Below, piece after piece: positions 63,504-64,000 of a stretch of 64,000 bases of DNA. The position numbers were made by a program, and so were the translations under genes. Under the pieces are notes generated by a model. The model ran no database searches and was not told where the DNA came from. It worked only from the letters and a program-made list of their open reading frames with translations. Origin of the DNA: Dipteris shenzhenensis (lineage: Eukaryota); NCBI GenBank assembly GCA_047967505.1, contig CM106538.1. One strand, given 5' to 3'. The stretch's first letter is position 1; every line of letters begins with the position of its first letter.

Positions 63504-63893
63504 TTGATGCATTTCATAATTTTCTACAAAGAAATATAGATTTTGAAGCGGTAGATGAAGAAATTTGACAACTTTGGCCATTTCAATATCAATTTCTAGC
63601 AAATGTAGGAGGAATTTGACCGCAGCGGAGAAGGCAAAGTTGGTCGGGACATCATGGGGTGTCCAAAAATGTAAAAATCCACCATGGCATGAATTTGGCC
63701 ATTTGGACACCAAATTTGCACTGTGGTGGATTTTTGCATTTTTAAACACCTCATGACATCTCGACCAACTTTGTCTTCAGTGCCGCAGTCAAATTCCTTC
63801 AACATTTGCCAAAAATGGACATTGGAATGGCCCAAATTGTCAAATTCCTTCATCTACCTAATTGAAATCCATGTGTCTTTATAGATGCATCAA
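63504..63893. repeat. Long imperfect inverted repeat (foldback, MITE-like)
   Basis: Arms pair along their length (TTGATGCAT/ATGCATCAA, GGTAGATGAAG/CTTCATCTACC, CAAAGTTGGTCG/CGACCAACTTTG, AAAAATCCACCA/TGGTGGATTTTT) around an ~11-nt loop at 63699-63709. Confidence 0.9.
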
Positions 63894-64000
63894 CTTCAAC
63901 ATAGATAAACATGGAAAAGAAAATATTTACAAAGTAACTTAGCAAATGATGGTTGGTCAATATGACAACTTATGTGCCTTGTAGCATAGCTTTGGTAAGA

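Overview
Eukaryotic land-plant DNA; the very long TE-filled introns and the TE types suggest a fern-like large genome, but the taxon is inference only. The one host gene I can support is the 3' part of a SWI/SNF SWI3-type subunit on the + strand: five phase-consistent exons from 43440 to 52667 encoding ZZ-like, SANT and coiled-coil regions. No SWIRM exon is visible, so 1-43439 is probably part of one intron longer than 43 kb. That region is a stack of nested transposons, most of them bounded by readable target-site duplications (TSDs). An L1 LINE contains chromoviral Gypsy A. A contains non-autonomous LTR element B, an RTEX-like LINE (itself holding a hAT MITE), and deleted Gypsy D (holding a Copia fragment and a hAT). 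LTR element E contains Gypsy C and a probable solo LTR. A second RTEX-like LINE contains Copia F. Downstream of the gene are a gag-only Copia derivative, AT-rich minisatellites, tandem duplications and a ~390-bp foldback. The most interesting signals are an RTEX-like LINE family with a conserved C-terminal PCNA-binding (PIP-box) motif and a covarying 3' hairpin, and two chromovirus families primed by tRNA-Glu rather than tRNA-iMet. No prokaryotic features, CRISPR arrays or RNA genes were found.
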